Origin: a virus
Strand: one strand, 5' to 3'
Virus record (IMG/VR): IMGVR_UViG_3300044618_000993
Location: 2,940-66,939 of that record
Length of the DNA stretch: 64,000 nt
Made by a program: the position numbers and the translations under genes. This document shows, one piece after another, positions 31,702 to 41,107 of the stretch. Below the pieces are notes generated by a model. It made no database searches. It was given only the letters and a program-made list of their open reading frames with translations, and was not told the origin of the DNA. The number at the start of each line of letters is the position of its first letter. Positions within the stretch are counted from its first letter, which is position 1.

Positions 31702-33864
31702 ATGAGATTAGGCTTAGGTTTAGGAGTTAAGAATAGTGGATTTGTTGGAGGCTATGACTCTGCAACCTCTGCGTTTTTGGCTGCCACTGGTATTACTAGT
31801 AAAACTGAATCTGATGCGGTAAACAATCTTGTTATAAGGCTTAAATCATACGGCCTATGGTCGAAGATGAAAGCTATCTATCCGTTTGTTTCTGATACTT
31901 ACAATCTAACAAGCTACACAGAGGACTTTGATAATTGGGGTAAAACTGCGGCTACTGTTAGCGTAAATACAATAGTTGCACCAAATGGAACTACAACGGC
32001 TGATAAAATAATTCCAAATACAAGTAATACGAGCCATCAAGTATCTTCAAGTATAATATCAGTTACATCTGGTATTCCCTATACACGAAGTATTTATGTA
32101 AAAAAAGGAGAATATTCAAATGTAGTATTATCGATTGGGGGATTTAGTGCCTATAATGATTGGAAATATGTAGCTTTTAATTTAGATACAAATACATTTA
32201 CTGCGGCTTCAAGTTCAACAACTTATACATCTACTATAATTGGGAATGGATGGGTGCGTTTATCATTTACAGTAACTCCAACAAGTACAAACAATGATAC
32301 ATTTGTTATTAAAGTTTCAAATGACCCAAATAATACAAGCCAAAATCCATCTTTTGCTGGTGATGGAACAAGCGGAATATATCTTTGGGGCGCTCAATGG
32401 GAACAAGCAAGTTCAGCTTCAACCTACCAACCAATAGCCACAACCCCAGCAAACAGATTTGTAAGCCAATTTAAATATAACCTTAAAGACGCCAGAGACC
32501 TTGACGCTGCATTCAGATTAGCGTTTAATGGTACTTGGACATATTCAAAACAAGGTGCAACAAGTAATGGAACAAACGCATATGCAAGAACTTACTTTGT
32601 TCCAAGTGTGCATTTAACTGCCCCTAATCAATCAGCTTCTTTGTATTCAAGAACAAATGTAGCTTCAACAAGTAATAGTTTTGACTTATCATCAGTAACA
32701 ACTGGAGTAGGAAATTTCTCCTTAAACATTGATGCATTTGTTGCAGGAATAAAAGCATTTGTTAGATTTGGTCTCACTCAAGATGTTAGAATAACTACTG
32801 CACAAAGAAATGACGGCTATTTTGTAGGCTCAAGAACATCTGCTACAATGCTTAAATTATATAGAAGCAATGTAATATTGGGAACTACTACAACAGCAGA
32901 TACTGGAATTTCTACAACCGAAGTCCCTCTTGGCGTTGAAAGTGTTGGCGGTACATTATCTGGATATTCTGCTAAACAATATGCTTTTTGTCATATCGGA
33001 GACGGCTTAACAGACACAGAGGCAACTAACCTATACACTTCAGTTCAATTATTCCAACAAGAATTAAGCAGATATGTAGGCGTGCCTATTGTAAGTGATG
33101 CAAATGCTCAAGCGTTTCTTGATGCTGCGGTTATAACTGACCAAACACAAGCTAATGCAGTAAACACTTTAGTAACTGACTTAAAGACCTACGGATTATG
33201 GACTAAAATGAAAGCCATTTATCCTTTCGTTGGCGGAACTGCAAGTACTCACAAATGGAACTTAAAAGACCCTCGTGATTTGGATGCGGCTTATAGACTT
33301 GCATTTAGTGGGGCGTGGACACATAGCTCAACTGGAGCTTTACCAAACGGTGCTAACGCTTATGCAAACACTTTCTTTAATCAACAAGGGAATTGGACAA
33401 GCACAAGCAATGGTGCAATGGGTTTATATTTGAGAACAAATTCAGTTGGAGCTTATTGTGATATGGGTGCAGGGACTATTTCAAGTGGTTTAAATAGCTC
33501 AACAATTTATTCTCGTTTTACTGGGGATGTAGTTTTTAGTGGGTTAAACTGTAGTGCTGTCACTCCAAGTTCAGCAAATACAAATTCACAAGGATTTCAC
33601 GCAGTAAGCAGAACAAACTCAACTTCATATAGCAGATATAAAAGAGGCACTTCAACTATAAATTTAACAAATACAGATTCAATAGGTACAAATATAAATA
33701 GGAATATTTATTTAGGTGCTGGCAATGACGCAATAACTGCTGCAAGTTATTCTAATAGAGAAATTGCATATAGTTTCTTGGGCGATGGATTAACACAAAG
33801 CGAAATAGATTTGTATTATACTGCGGTTCAAAATTTCCAAACTTCATTATCAAGACAAGTTTAA
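31702..33864 (+). CDS. Virion (spike/decoration-like) protein with duplicated lectin-like module and an inserted domain
   Basis: MRLGLGLG start; two copies of AFL...LKxYGLWxKMKAIYPFV...NLKDxRDLDAAxRLAF...GDGLT. Confidence 0.65.
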   Translation: MRLGLGLGVKNSGFVGGYDSATSAFLAATGITSKTESDAVNNLVIRLKSYGLWSKMKAIYPFVSDTYNLTSYTEDFDNWGKTAATVSVNTIVAPNGTTTADKIIPNTSNTSHQVSSSIISVTSGIPYTRSIYVKKGEYSNVVLSIGGFSAYNDWKYVAFNLDTNTFTAASSSTTYTSTIIGNGWVRLSFTVTPTSTNNDTFVIKVSNDPNNTSQNPSFAGDGTSGIYLWGAQWEQASSASTYQPIATTPANRFVSQFKYNLKDARDLDAAFRLAFNGTWTYSKQGATSNGTNAYARTYFVPSVHLTAPNQSASLYSRTNVASTSNSFDLSSVTTGVGNFSLNIDAFVAGIKAFVRFGLTQDVRITTAQRNDGYFVGSRTSATMLKLYRSNVILGTTTTADTGISTTEVPLGVESVGGTLSGYSAKQYAFCHIGDGLTDTEATNLYTSVQLFQQELSRYVGVPIVSDANAQAFLDAAVITDQTQANAVNTLVTDLKTYGLWTKMKAIYPFVGGTASTHKWNLKDPRDLDAAYRLAFSGAWTHSSTGALPNGANAYANTFFNQQGNWTSTSNGAMGLYLRTNSVGAYCDMGAGTISSGLNSSTIYSRFTGDVVFSGLNCSAVTPSSANTNSQGFHAVSRTNSTSYSRYKRGTSTINLTNTDSIGTNINRNIYLGAGNDAITAASYSNREIAYSFLGDGLTQSEIDLYYTAVQNFQTSLSRQV

Positions 33865-33877
33865 ATAATATAATAAA

Positions 33878-34102
33878 ATGGAAGGCTACCTTTTAGACAT
33901 ACCACAAAAAGATTCAATTCAAGGCGTAATGTACGCCCCTGACCAGTATTTCAATTGTGTGCAAGATATTAACGCAGATTGGTTTACTTTTTTGTCAGCT
34001 GATGACATCGTAATAATAACTAATTCAGAATGGGCTTGGATACTTGATTGCCCTTTCGTTGAGTATATCCCACCAATTCCACCGACACCGATAAATGAGT
34101 AA
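33878..34102 (+). CDS. Small acidic hypothetical protein
   Basis: FNCVQDINADWF, Pro-rich end; follows the previous gene. Confidence 0.6.
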   Translation: MEGYLLDIPQKDSIQGVMYAPDQYFNCVQDINADWFTFLSADDIVIITNSEWAWILDCPFVEYIPPIPPTPINE

Positions 34103-34104
34103 TT

Positions 34105-34173
34105 ATGAAAAAGAAATTATTTAACATACTAGAAGAAGTTGTGGCCTTCTTGACCACTTGGAATATACTATAA
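34105..34173 (+). CDS. Possible 22-aa peptide MKKKLFNILEEVVAFLTTWNIL
   Basis: Fills the intergenic gap; TAATG coupling to 34173. Confidence 0.35.
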   Translation: MKKKLFNILEEVVAFLTTWNIL

Positions 34174-34376
34174 TGAAAGACATTTTCATAAACAAATTAC
34201 ACGATTACGAGGGATTAATGGCCTTCAGCAGTTGCTTCCTTATGATGCAGACAATAGATTGGACTAACGAGATTATTAAATACATCGTCAGCTTCACTAT
34301 GTCGATCCTAAGCGCATATGTTGTAAACAGACTCAAGAAACGTTGGGATAAAAAAGAAAACAATACAGAGTTATAA
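34173..34376 (+). CDS. Small membrane protein (holin-like)
   Basis: One or two hydrophobic segments, basic C-terminus. Confidence 0.5.
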   Translation: MKDIFINKLHDYEGLMAFSSCFLMMQTIDWTNEIIKYIVSFTMSILSAYVVNRLKKRWDKKENNTEL

Positions 34377-34443
34377 CAACCTATTAATTAAATTGTTAAC
34401 TTTGAAATCTCCTGTTTTTTTCATTGTATCATGGCTAGAAATC

Positions 34444-34474
34444 CCCCTTGACTCACATCGAGGGGTTTTCTTTT
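34444..34474 (+). terminator. Rho-independent terminator
   Basis: CCCCTTG/CGAGGGG stem followed by TTTTCTTTT. Confidence 0.7.
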
Positions 34475-34484
34475 AGTAAACAAT

Positions 34485-34892
34485 ATGGCAAAGAAGTGTA
34501 CCGTCGAAGAGTGTAACTACCCAGTGTTTTCAAGGGGTTACTGCAAAATCCATCAAAGGCTTAGGAAGGATAAAAAGCCTAAGGCTCCTATCAAGCAAGA
34601 AACAATAGAAACACTTAACGGTAAAACAGAGATAGATATATTCAACGAGATATGGGAGGAAAGACCTCACGTGTCTGAGTTATCTGGCAAGCCCTTACCA
34701 TACGACAAAACAAATATGAAAATGTGGGTCTGTCAATTCCTTCATGTAATAAATAAGGGTCGTAGCCCATCGCTTAGATTGGATAAACGTAATATACTCC
34801 TAGGTACCCCAGAAGAACATAGATTCCAAGATCAATACGAAATCTTTAAGATAAGAAAGATTGAAATGTTGAGAAAATTATATGTTAAATGA
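34485..34892 (+). CDS. Zn-finger plus HNH-like protein
   Basis: CxxxxC...YCxxH N-terminus; SELSG...QFLHVINKG...LRLDKRNILL...EEH degenerate HNH. Confidence 0.6.
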   Translation: MAKKCTVEECNYPVFSRGYCKIHQRLRKDKKPKAPIKQETIETLNGKTEIDIFNEIWEERPHVSELSGKPLPYDKTNMKMWVCQFLHVINKGRSPSLRLDKRNILLGTPEEHRFQDQYEIFKIRKIEMLRKLYVK

Positions 34893-34933
34893 TGAATATA
34901 TGATTAAATGGTGTATATTTGCATCAATTAATT

Positions 34934-35650
34934 ATGTATTACGTTTATATTCACACAAAATCAGACATGACTCCTTTTTACGTTGGCGTTGCTAAAATAA
35001 ATGAGTCAAGATCAAAAGGCTTTCGCACTACTTATGAAAGAGCGCACGCATTTGCTAAGAGGCCATATTATTGGAAACAAATAGCATCACAAGGATATTT
35101 TATATCTATACACGGGACATATCAAACATTAGCGGAAGCTCACGAAATTGAAAAAGAATTGATATTAAAGTATGGTAGAATGGAGTATGATGCAAATGGT
35201 ATACTATGCAATAGGTCTGTTGGGGGCATAGATTTTAATGCGAAAAAAATAAGACAAATACCAATTCTCCAAATTGACATTAACACTAATGAGGTAATAA
35301 AAGAATGGAGGCAGCCACAAGACATAGAGACAGCTACTGGATACCTAAGGACAAATATTGTTAAATGTTGCAGGAAAAAACAAATTACTGCAAATGGTTT
35401 TAAATGGCAGTACAAAGAAGATACATTTAAACACATAGATGCCACAGCAGCTAGAAAGAAAACAACCAACAAAGGACAAATTTTATTGGCCCATAATTTA
35501 GTAACAAATCAAACTATGGAATTTAGGACTCAAGAAGAATGCTGTAAACATACAGGCGTCAACAGAAGTTTGATCCATGCTATTTTAAACAAAGGCAAAA
35601 AGCACGATGTTTGGTCGTTTAAATATAAAGGCTGGAGTCTTATGCGTTAG
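34934..35650 (+). CDS. Free-standing GIY-YIG homing endonuclease with NUMOD1-like DNA-binding repeats
   Basis: YVYIH...FYVG...R...E..LI..YG...LCN; ILQID...IKEW...IVKCC...TANGFKW; TATATTTG at 34914 supports ATG 34934. Confidence 0.8.
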   Translation: MYYVYIHTKSDMTPFYVGVAKINESRSKGFRTTYERAHAFAKRPYYWKQIASQGYFISIHGTYQTLAEAHEIEKELILKYGRMEYDANGILCNRSVGGIDFNAKKIRQIPILQIDINTNEVIKEWRQPQDIETATGYLRTNIVKCCRKKQITANGFKWQYKEDTFKHIDATAARKKTTNKGQILLAHNLVTNQTMEFRTQEECCKHTGVNRSLIHAILNKGKKHDVWSFKYKGWSLMR

Positions 35651-35987
35651 TATAGCGCTTGATATACTCAACACACTTATCATTTACCAATATAAACAGC
35701 TTACCCTTCTTCTCATCTGGGAAAGGGTTACACAAGGTAAACCAACACGAAGCGACACCATTTCTTTTAACGGATGGTACGGATGCATTCCTTAGCTGAC
35801 CCTCAGATACACCAGTGATCAAGGCTAATTGTGGAAATGTAATTATATTATAAGCTAAAACTTTTTTAACTTCAGCCTCAGTCAAGCTTCTTGATAGAGC
35901 TATTCTCTTTATTTGTTCGTCGTTAAAAACCGTAAGTGGCTGAATATCAACAAAGTTCTTAAGGTTCAATTCTCTTAGATTTGCCAT
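35640..35987 (-). CDS. HTH-containing hypothetical protein
   Basis: ITFPQLALITGVSEGQLRN HTH-like segment; start refined to MANLRE by the TATCTTTG element 5 nt upstream (35993-36000). Confidence 0.55.
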   Translation of the reverse strand: MANLRELNLKNFVDIQPLTVFNDEQIKRIALSRSLTEAEVKKVLAYNIITFPQLALITGVSEGQLRNASVPSVKRNGVASCWFTLCNPFPDEKKGKLFILVNDKCVEYIKRYTNA

Positions 35988-36077
35988 ACCTGCAAAGATA
36001 CTAATAATCTTTTGCATAGTAAGATATATTTTAATAAATTTTAAACAACTTGACTATCCTATGTCTATCTTTGTGTC

Positions 36078-36305
36078 ATGGCAAATTTAATCACTGTAAC
36101 CGCTGTAGGAAAGAATGGTATCGCTAGAACGTCTTTTACCATCTCTATCCCTGTATCTCAAATCAAAGAAGTAACTGCTGAAACTAAAGGTGTTGCTACT
36201 GCTTTGTCAACTATTTACTTATTTGACACTAAAGCTTCTGGTAGCACTAATGACTATCAAGTTACTATCAACCAAGCTGCTGTAGTAACAGCTGCTAACG
36301 CTTAA
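36078..36305 (+). CDS. Small A/T/V-rich protein in its own transcription unit
   Basis: TATCTTTG at 36066-36073, terminator at 36329-36359, mostly T/A-ending codons. Confidence 0.7.
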   Translation: MANLITVTAVGKNGIARTSFTISIPVSQIKEVTAETKGVATALSTIYLFDTKASGSTNDYQVTINQAAVVTAANA

Positions 36306-36328
36306 TCATTGATTTGATTAGAAAAATT

Positions 36329-36359
36329 AAGCCCCTTCACTAGATGTTGGGGCTTTTTT
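36329..36359 (+). terminator. Rho-independent terminator
   Basis: AAGCCCC...GGGGCTT stem followed by a T-run. Confidence 0.75.
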
Positions 36360-36771
36360 ATTCTGGGTAATATGTTCTAATTTGATGGCAATTAGCGCAT
36401 CTAATATCACATTTTCTTATTTCGTTTTTAATTTTTTTAAGGCTATAAGCTCCGCTAGCAAACGTGCTCACTAATCCATCTTTACCTCTAATGTGATCAA
36501 ATTGCATCACTCTGTAGTCGGTAGTCCCGCAATCAACACATTTGCCAAACATTTTTTTGTACCTAATGATAAAAGCTCTGTTTCTTGAAATGTTTACCTT
36601 GTTTCTTTCTATTCTTTCTCTAGGGTTTAATTGCACCCCTTTAAGATAACATTTACGATCACTCTCTCTTTGACAGGTTCTGCAAATTCGCTGAACACCA
36701 TCCTTGGTTCTTTTGTTTTTGTTGTAATCGGATAATTCTTTTTCCGTTTTACATCTACCACATATTTTCAT
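36358..36771 (-). CDS. HNH endonuclease with N-terminal Zn ribbon
   Basis: CGRC...CRTC; CVDCG...FDH...CANCH. Confidence 0.85.
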   Translation of the reverse strand: MKICGRCKTEKELSDYNKNKRTKDGVQRICRTCQRESDRKCYLKGVQLNPRERIERNKVNISRNRAFIIRYKKMFGKCVDCGTTDYRVMQFDHIRGKDGLVSTFASGAYSLKKIKNEIRKCDIRCANCHQIRTYYPE

Positions 36772-36898
36772 ACATTTAAAATTTTATCAAATGTACAAAA
36801 TAGATTTGTAACACGCAAGCATAATTACAAATTAATTTTAAAAACACCCAATTCACCTTGCAGGTGTGCACCCTTACAAGATTCCTATTCGCCCTGTT

Positions 36899-37153
36899 CT
36901 AATGGGAAGGGGGTTGGGTAATGTCTACATGTCTATTAAATATGTCTACTACCTTATTGTGAGCAATAGTTACCATGTAATTAAACTGATTGCTATTTTC
37001 TGCTTCTCGTACTTCATCCTTAAGGTTCTCTAAAATACTGACAACCTCCTCTTTAATATTAGAGTCGCACTCATCAAAGTGAGTGTCAATAAACTCCTCT
37101 AGTTCTATAACTGAGTCGTATAAACTGTCTGGTTGATCTGGTGTATCGAACAT
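36899..37153 (-). CDS. Hypothetical acidic protein
   Basis: ORF in a tightly packed leftward operon. Confidence 0.55.
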   Translation of the reverse strand: MFDTPDQPDSLYDSVIELEEFIDTHFDECDSNIKEEVVSILENLKDEVREAENSNQFNYMVTIAHNKVVDIFNRHVDITQPPSH

Positions 37154-37155
37154 AT

Positions 37156-37386
37156 TTAATCTTTATCTACAAATGTAATGAACTCTGGGTCTACTAAAAA
37201 TACCTTACCTCTGTTATCCCTACAAAGTGCTATGGTCTGAGAGTGGTATCTCCACTCACCGTTACTGTCCTGCTTAGAGACTGGAGTTAGGCCCCAATCA
37301 ATAAAGGTTAAGTCATCCCATCCTTCTGGGTCTAACTGCTCACCCTCGTCGTCAAAGACAGCTGGTCTGTATACTGATACTCTCAT
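37156..37386 (-). CDS. Hypothetical protein
   Basis: Tightly packed, ATGA overlap. Confidence 0.6.
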   Translation of the reverse strand: MRVSVYRPAVFDDEGEQLDPEGWDDLTFIDWGLTPVSKQDSNGEWRYHSQTIALCRDNRGKVFLVDPEFITFVDKD

Positions 37387-37622
37387 TTAATTGGTGCTCC
37401 TTTGTCTACTCTAATGACATATCTCATGTCATCGGTTGATCTAATTGCGCTCCACTTGGCTTGCTCATCGTAGCTAGCAACCACTGACATAGACTTGTCG
37501 TTACCTGCCGCATCCACATACCAAACAGTATAGTTAAATGTCGTAGGTATGTTAACGAAGTTTGTTTCGTGGTCGTGCTCGCCTGGTTGCAAGTCATCGC
37601 TTGGCCTTCTTTCGTTATTCAT
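37383..37622 (-). CDS. Hypothetical protein
   Basis: Tightly packed, ATGA overlap. Confidence 0.55.
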   Translation of the reverse strand: MNNERRPSDDLQPGEHDHETNFVNIPTTFNYTVWYVDAAGNDKSMSVVASYDEQAKWSAIRSTDDMRYVIRVDKGAPIK

Positions 37623-37837
37623 AGTAATTTAGTAATTTTATTAGGAATTGTTTTGTTTAACAAAGCCTCATGCAACTCAATGTAACTTACCTCAACGATA
37701 CTCTGTAAGTGTTGGCCATAGTAGAAATCTACCACATCCCCATAGATGTGAACGTTCGCATGGGTATGCTTGGCCTTCAACTTACTAAGTATTTCATTTA
37801 TAATAGGTTGTGTTTCATTGAGTTGCGACTTTTTCAT
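37619..37837 (-). CDS. Hypothetical protein
   Basis: ATG at 37837 follows a TATATTTG element at 37847-37854 (- strand). Confidence 0.55.
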   Translation of the reverse strand: MKKSQLNETQPIINEILSKLKAKHTHANVHIYGDVVDFYYGQHLQSIVEVSYIELHEALLNKTIPNKITKLL

Positions 37838-37882
37838 ATTTAATTGCAAATATAATAATAAAAAATTATATTATGTAAAATA

Positions 37883-38887
37883 TTAACTAATATAAGAAAA
37901 AATATGTGCAATCACATCCACAGTCCATCCATTCCCTAGCATCTTATATCTTTGTGTATCGCTTACACAAGCAGTATAATTATCTTTGACTGTCTGTAAC
38001 CTCTCGCATTCTATTGGGGTTAGTTTCCTAACCTTTAATTGATCAGGGCCTTGGTTTTTCATTTGCAATACTTGCTTAGGCTGTTTGTAATCTGTTGCGG
38101 TTAGGCAACTCATTTTGCCGTATTCACCAAACACCCAATCCCTTTGGCCTATGGTCCTAAAGTCTGGTCTTGTCGTGCCCACTATATTCCCTTTGTTATC
38201 CGTAAACTTAAACCTTGCATTAACTTCGTGGCTTAGGTAATACTTATCATCTACCTTATCCTCCAATACATTGACTAATAAAGCCTTCTTATCAGTTGGT
38301 TGCTGAATAGATGATACAAGGTCACCAAATAATCCAATAGGGTTTAATCCTATATTAGTCCAATATAATCTAGGTCTATTCTGAGCACTGACTAATGATG
38401 AGTTAATCATAATGGGTGCAACCCCAATTGCCTTAGTCAATATCTTTTCCCACTTAGAGCCCATCAATACATTTTCTAACAAGAAAAGCACATTGGGATT
38501 AGTCTCTCTTATCTCGTTAAGAATACGCATATACTCCCAAAAAAGATATGACTGCCCTTCAAACTCAAAGCCTTCGGCCCTTAACTGTAAGTAATGCTCT
38601 AAAGTAACAATCTCTTGCTCATCCTTTGTGCTCATACCTTTTCTTTTACCGGAAAATGAGAATGACTGACAAGGCGATCCACCAATTAACAAATCAATCT
38701 TTGGTAAAGATCTGGCATCCACGCCAATTACAGAGCCTAATTGTTTTGTGTTAGGGTAGTTAGCCATAGTAACCTGTATGGCATACTTATCAATCTCAGA
38801 GGCAAAGTAATTGTCAACCTTAATGCCTTGGCGTTCCAAGGCTTGTTGACCGCAGGACATTCCGTCGAATAGACTTAGTACATTCAT
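37883..38887 (-). CDS. DNA (cytosine-5)-methyltransferase
   Basis: LSLFDG, EID, GGSPCQ, LENV, QNRPRLYW, LTPIECERLQ and LGNGW motifs. Confidence 0.95.
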   Translation of the reverse strand: MNVLSLFDGMSCGQQALERQGIKVDNYFASEIDKYAIQVTMANYPNTKQLGSVIGVDARSLPKIDLLIGGSPCQSFSFSGKRKGMSTKDEQEIVTLEHYLQLRAEGFEFEGQSYLFWEYMRILNEIRETNPNVLFLLENVLMGSKWEKILTKAIGVAPIMINSSLVSAQNRPRLYWTNIGLNPIGLFGDLVSSIQQPTDKKALLVNVLEDKVDDKYYLSHEVNARFKFTDNKGNIVGTTRPDFRTIGQRDWVFGEYGKMSCLTATDYKQPKQVLQMKNQGPDQLKVRKLTPIECERLQTVKDNYTACVSDTQRYKMLGNGWTVDVIAHIFSYIS

Positions 38888-38890
38888 AAA

Positions 38891-39364
38891 TTACATACTT
38901 AAAGCTGGTTCAAAACTATGTTGAGAATACTCAGAGTTCGTCATACCAAATTGCTTTTGATGCTCAATGATATGCTCCTCTATTATGTTAACTAACTTGT
39001 CGTATTGCTCACGATATACTTTATTAGTTTCGTAATCGTCGCTATGTTTTCTCAATGCATTAACAATGGTTGAATGGTCTTGCATAAGATTTAATGACTT
39101 GCCAATCTCGGCTAAACTCATATGGGTATTGTTTCTTACCCAAAAGAAATACATATACCTTGCCCTTACATAATCAGACTGTCTAGTCTTAGTGTCTATG
39201 TTAATCCCAAAGAACTCACAGATTACTTCTTTAGCCACTTCGGCATCAGAAAACCTTCTCAATGGTGTTGGAAACATATTAAAGCCTTGCATTCGTCTCT
39301 TTAAAATCATAAGTTCTTGTTTTAGTCTCATGTTCTCGATTCTCAGTTCTTCTAATTTTTTCAT
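38891..39364 (-). CDS. DnaA domain IV-like (Bac_DnaA_C) HTH protein
   Basis: ICEFFG...KTR...VRAR...SLAEIG...DHSTIVNA matches the DnaA C-terminal pattern. Confidence 0.8.
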   Translation of the reverse strand: MKKLEELRIENMRLKQELMILKRRMQGFNMFPTPLRRFSDAEVAKEVICEFFGINIDTKTRQSDYVRARYMYFFWVRNNTHMSLAEIGKSLNLMQDHSTIVNALRKHSDDYETNKVYREQYDKLVNIIEEHIIEHQKQFGMTNSEYSQHSFEPALSM

Positions 39365-40644
39365 AATATACTTGTAAATTTTTGTGTTGGTTTGTTAAAT
39401 TCTAAATCTGTTGAAAGGCAAGCACCATTTCTATGCTTTGCCCATATAAATTCTATCTTGGTTGATTGCACACTCTTATCGTCAGCGTTCTCGTCGTATA
39501 GGAATATAACGATGTCAGCATCTTGCTCTAAACTACCAGACTCCCTAAGATCACTAAGCCTTGGTTTACCGTTGTTTCTTTTCTCCACATCCCTTGACAG
39601 CTGAGCAAGGGCTAGTATTGGCACATTTAATTCTTTGGCTACCATCTTAAGCGTTCTGCTTATAAAGGATACCTCCTGCTCACGATTGCCTTTTACATTG
39701 GCAGTCATCAGCTGAACATAGTCAACCACTATAAACTTCACTCCATACTTTCTCACCATTCTTCTAGCCTTAGCCTTAAACTCAAGCACCGATAGCCCTG
39801 AAGTGTCATCAATATAGAGCGGTAGATTAAAGTTTTGCTTATGAATCTCTTGCCATTGTCTTTCTCCCAAGTCAGCATTCCTTAACTTCTCTGAGCCTAT
39901 CCCAGCTGAGATGGACAATAGCCTACCCATCAATTCCCTTGTTGACATCTCTAAAGAAAAGAATGCAACGGGTATTTTTTGTTTTATAATATTGTAGGTA
40001 AAGTTCAATGCTGAGGCTGTCTTACCGGTCCCTGGCCTACCCGCCATAATTACCAAGTTTGGAGCGTGCCATCCATTAGTAATCTGATTAATCTTATGGT
40101 AGCCAGTATCAATGCCCGTAATCAATTTATCGGATGATTGAATGGTTTCCAATTCCTTTATGTAATCAATGGCCGCTTTGGATAATGACACAGCCTCTCC
40201 AGATCCTTTCAATTGTGTCTTCTCTAAATCTGTTAGCATCGTGGCTTGGATGTCAAATGGGTCAGCGTTCTCATTAAATGCCATATCAGCCGCTTGGCTT
40301 GACACTCTTATAATTTCCCTTAAATTATACTTCTGTATTACTAATGCTGAGTGGTATTCTATATTAGCCGTTGAGGTTGTCTTAGCCGTCAACTCTGCAA
40401 GGTAGGTCATCCCTCCAGCTGCATCCAATGTCTTATTCTTTTTAAGTTGTTGGCTAACGGTCAATAAGTCTATTGGACTGCTTTCAACAGATAAGTCAAG
40501 GATGGCTTGGTATACATATGAGTTACACTCTTGATAAAAGTGCTCTGGTCTTAGCATAGGCACTTTATCTATTGCATTTTTCTCTAGCATTAAAGCCCCT
40601 AAAATAACCTTTTCAATTTCAATTGCTTGTGGTTGTAATTTCAT
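39361..40644 (-). CDS. dnaB: Replicative DNA helicase DnaB
   Basis: Walker A AGRPGTGKT, FFSLEM, IVVDYVQL, AQLSR, DLRESGSLEQDAD, KHRNG. Confidence 0.96.
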   Translation of the reverse strand: MKLQPQAIEIEKVILGALMLEKNAIDKVPMLRPEHFYQECNSYVYQAILDLSVESSPIDLLTVSQQLKKNKTLDAAGGMTYLAELTAKTTSTANIEYHSALVIQKYNLREIIRVSSQAADMAFNENADPFDIQATMLTDLEKTQLKGSGEAVSLSKAAIDYIKELETIQSSDKLITGIDTGYHKINQITNGWHAPNLVIMAGRPGTGKTASALNFTYNIIKQKIPVAFFSLEMSTRELMGRLLSISAGIGSEKLRNADLGERQWQEIHKQNFNLPLYIDDTSGLSVLEFKAKARRMVRKYGVKFIVVDYVQLMTANVKGNREQEVSFISRTLKMVAKELNVPILALAQLSRDVEKRNNGKPRLSDLRESGSLEQDADIVIFLYDENADDKSVQSTKIEFIWAKHRNGACLSTDLEFNKPTQKFTSIL

Positions 40645-40856
40645 AGATTTTTAAATTGTTGTAATCTAGATAAGTATGGTCTATATCGTTCGTTCCCATT
40701 GTGCTCTCTGACTATTGCAAAGTGGCTTTTAAGAAACTGCATTACATCCATAATTATAACTTGTTCGGTTAATTTGATTGGTCCTTTAGGAAGTTTATGT
40801 GATTTAAAAAACATTTCCAATTCTCTTATATCCTCATCCCAAGGTCTTGGTTTCAT
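40641..40856 (-). CDS. Hypothetical protein
   Basis: ATGA-coupled between the DUF3310-like gene and dnaB. Confidence 0.6.
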   Translation of the reverse strand: MKPRPWDEDIRELEMFFKSHKLPKGPIKLTEQVIIMDVMQFLKSHFAIVREHNGNERYRPYLSRLQQFKNL

Positions 40857-41107
40857 AGTTCTCTATATTCTTGGTCGCATCTGTTTTTACTTAGTTCTTT
40901 TAACTTAGCCTCATACCATAAGGCCTTCTTTAAGTCTTGCTCAATTGGTTGATCAGGCTTGTTGCCTAATCTCATTCTGTATTTGAACGCACACATTTGG
41001 CAGTGCAACTTAAAAGCCTCTAGGCCCCAAATGTCAACCATCATTCGCCATACTTCTTTGTCGTTTTGTTTGTAATGATCTGGGTTTATGTAATCGTATT
41101 CTGTCAT
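40853..41107 (-). CDS. DUF3310-like protein
   Basis: INPDHY...AFKYRMR.G.K...DLKKALWY. Confidence 0.8.
   Translation of the reverse strand: MTEYDYINPDHYKQNDKEVWRMMVDIWGLEAFKLHCQMCAFKYRMRLGNKPDQPIEQDLKKALWYEAKLKELSKNRCDQEYREL

Noticed and set aside
23543-33864. Diversity-generating retroelement acting on fibre genes
   Set aside because: No reverse transcriptase and no adenine-specific TR/VR pair noticed; the repeats are protein-level
36840-36900. Small hairpin region (CACC-TGCAA-GGTG on the - strand) as an ncRNA
   Set aside because: Only a short stem; no convincing larger fold or expression signals
37883-38887. Complete restriction-modification system
   Set aside because: No cognate restriction endonuclease adjacent; an orphan MTase, target not inferable by eye
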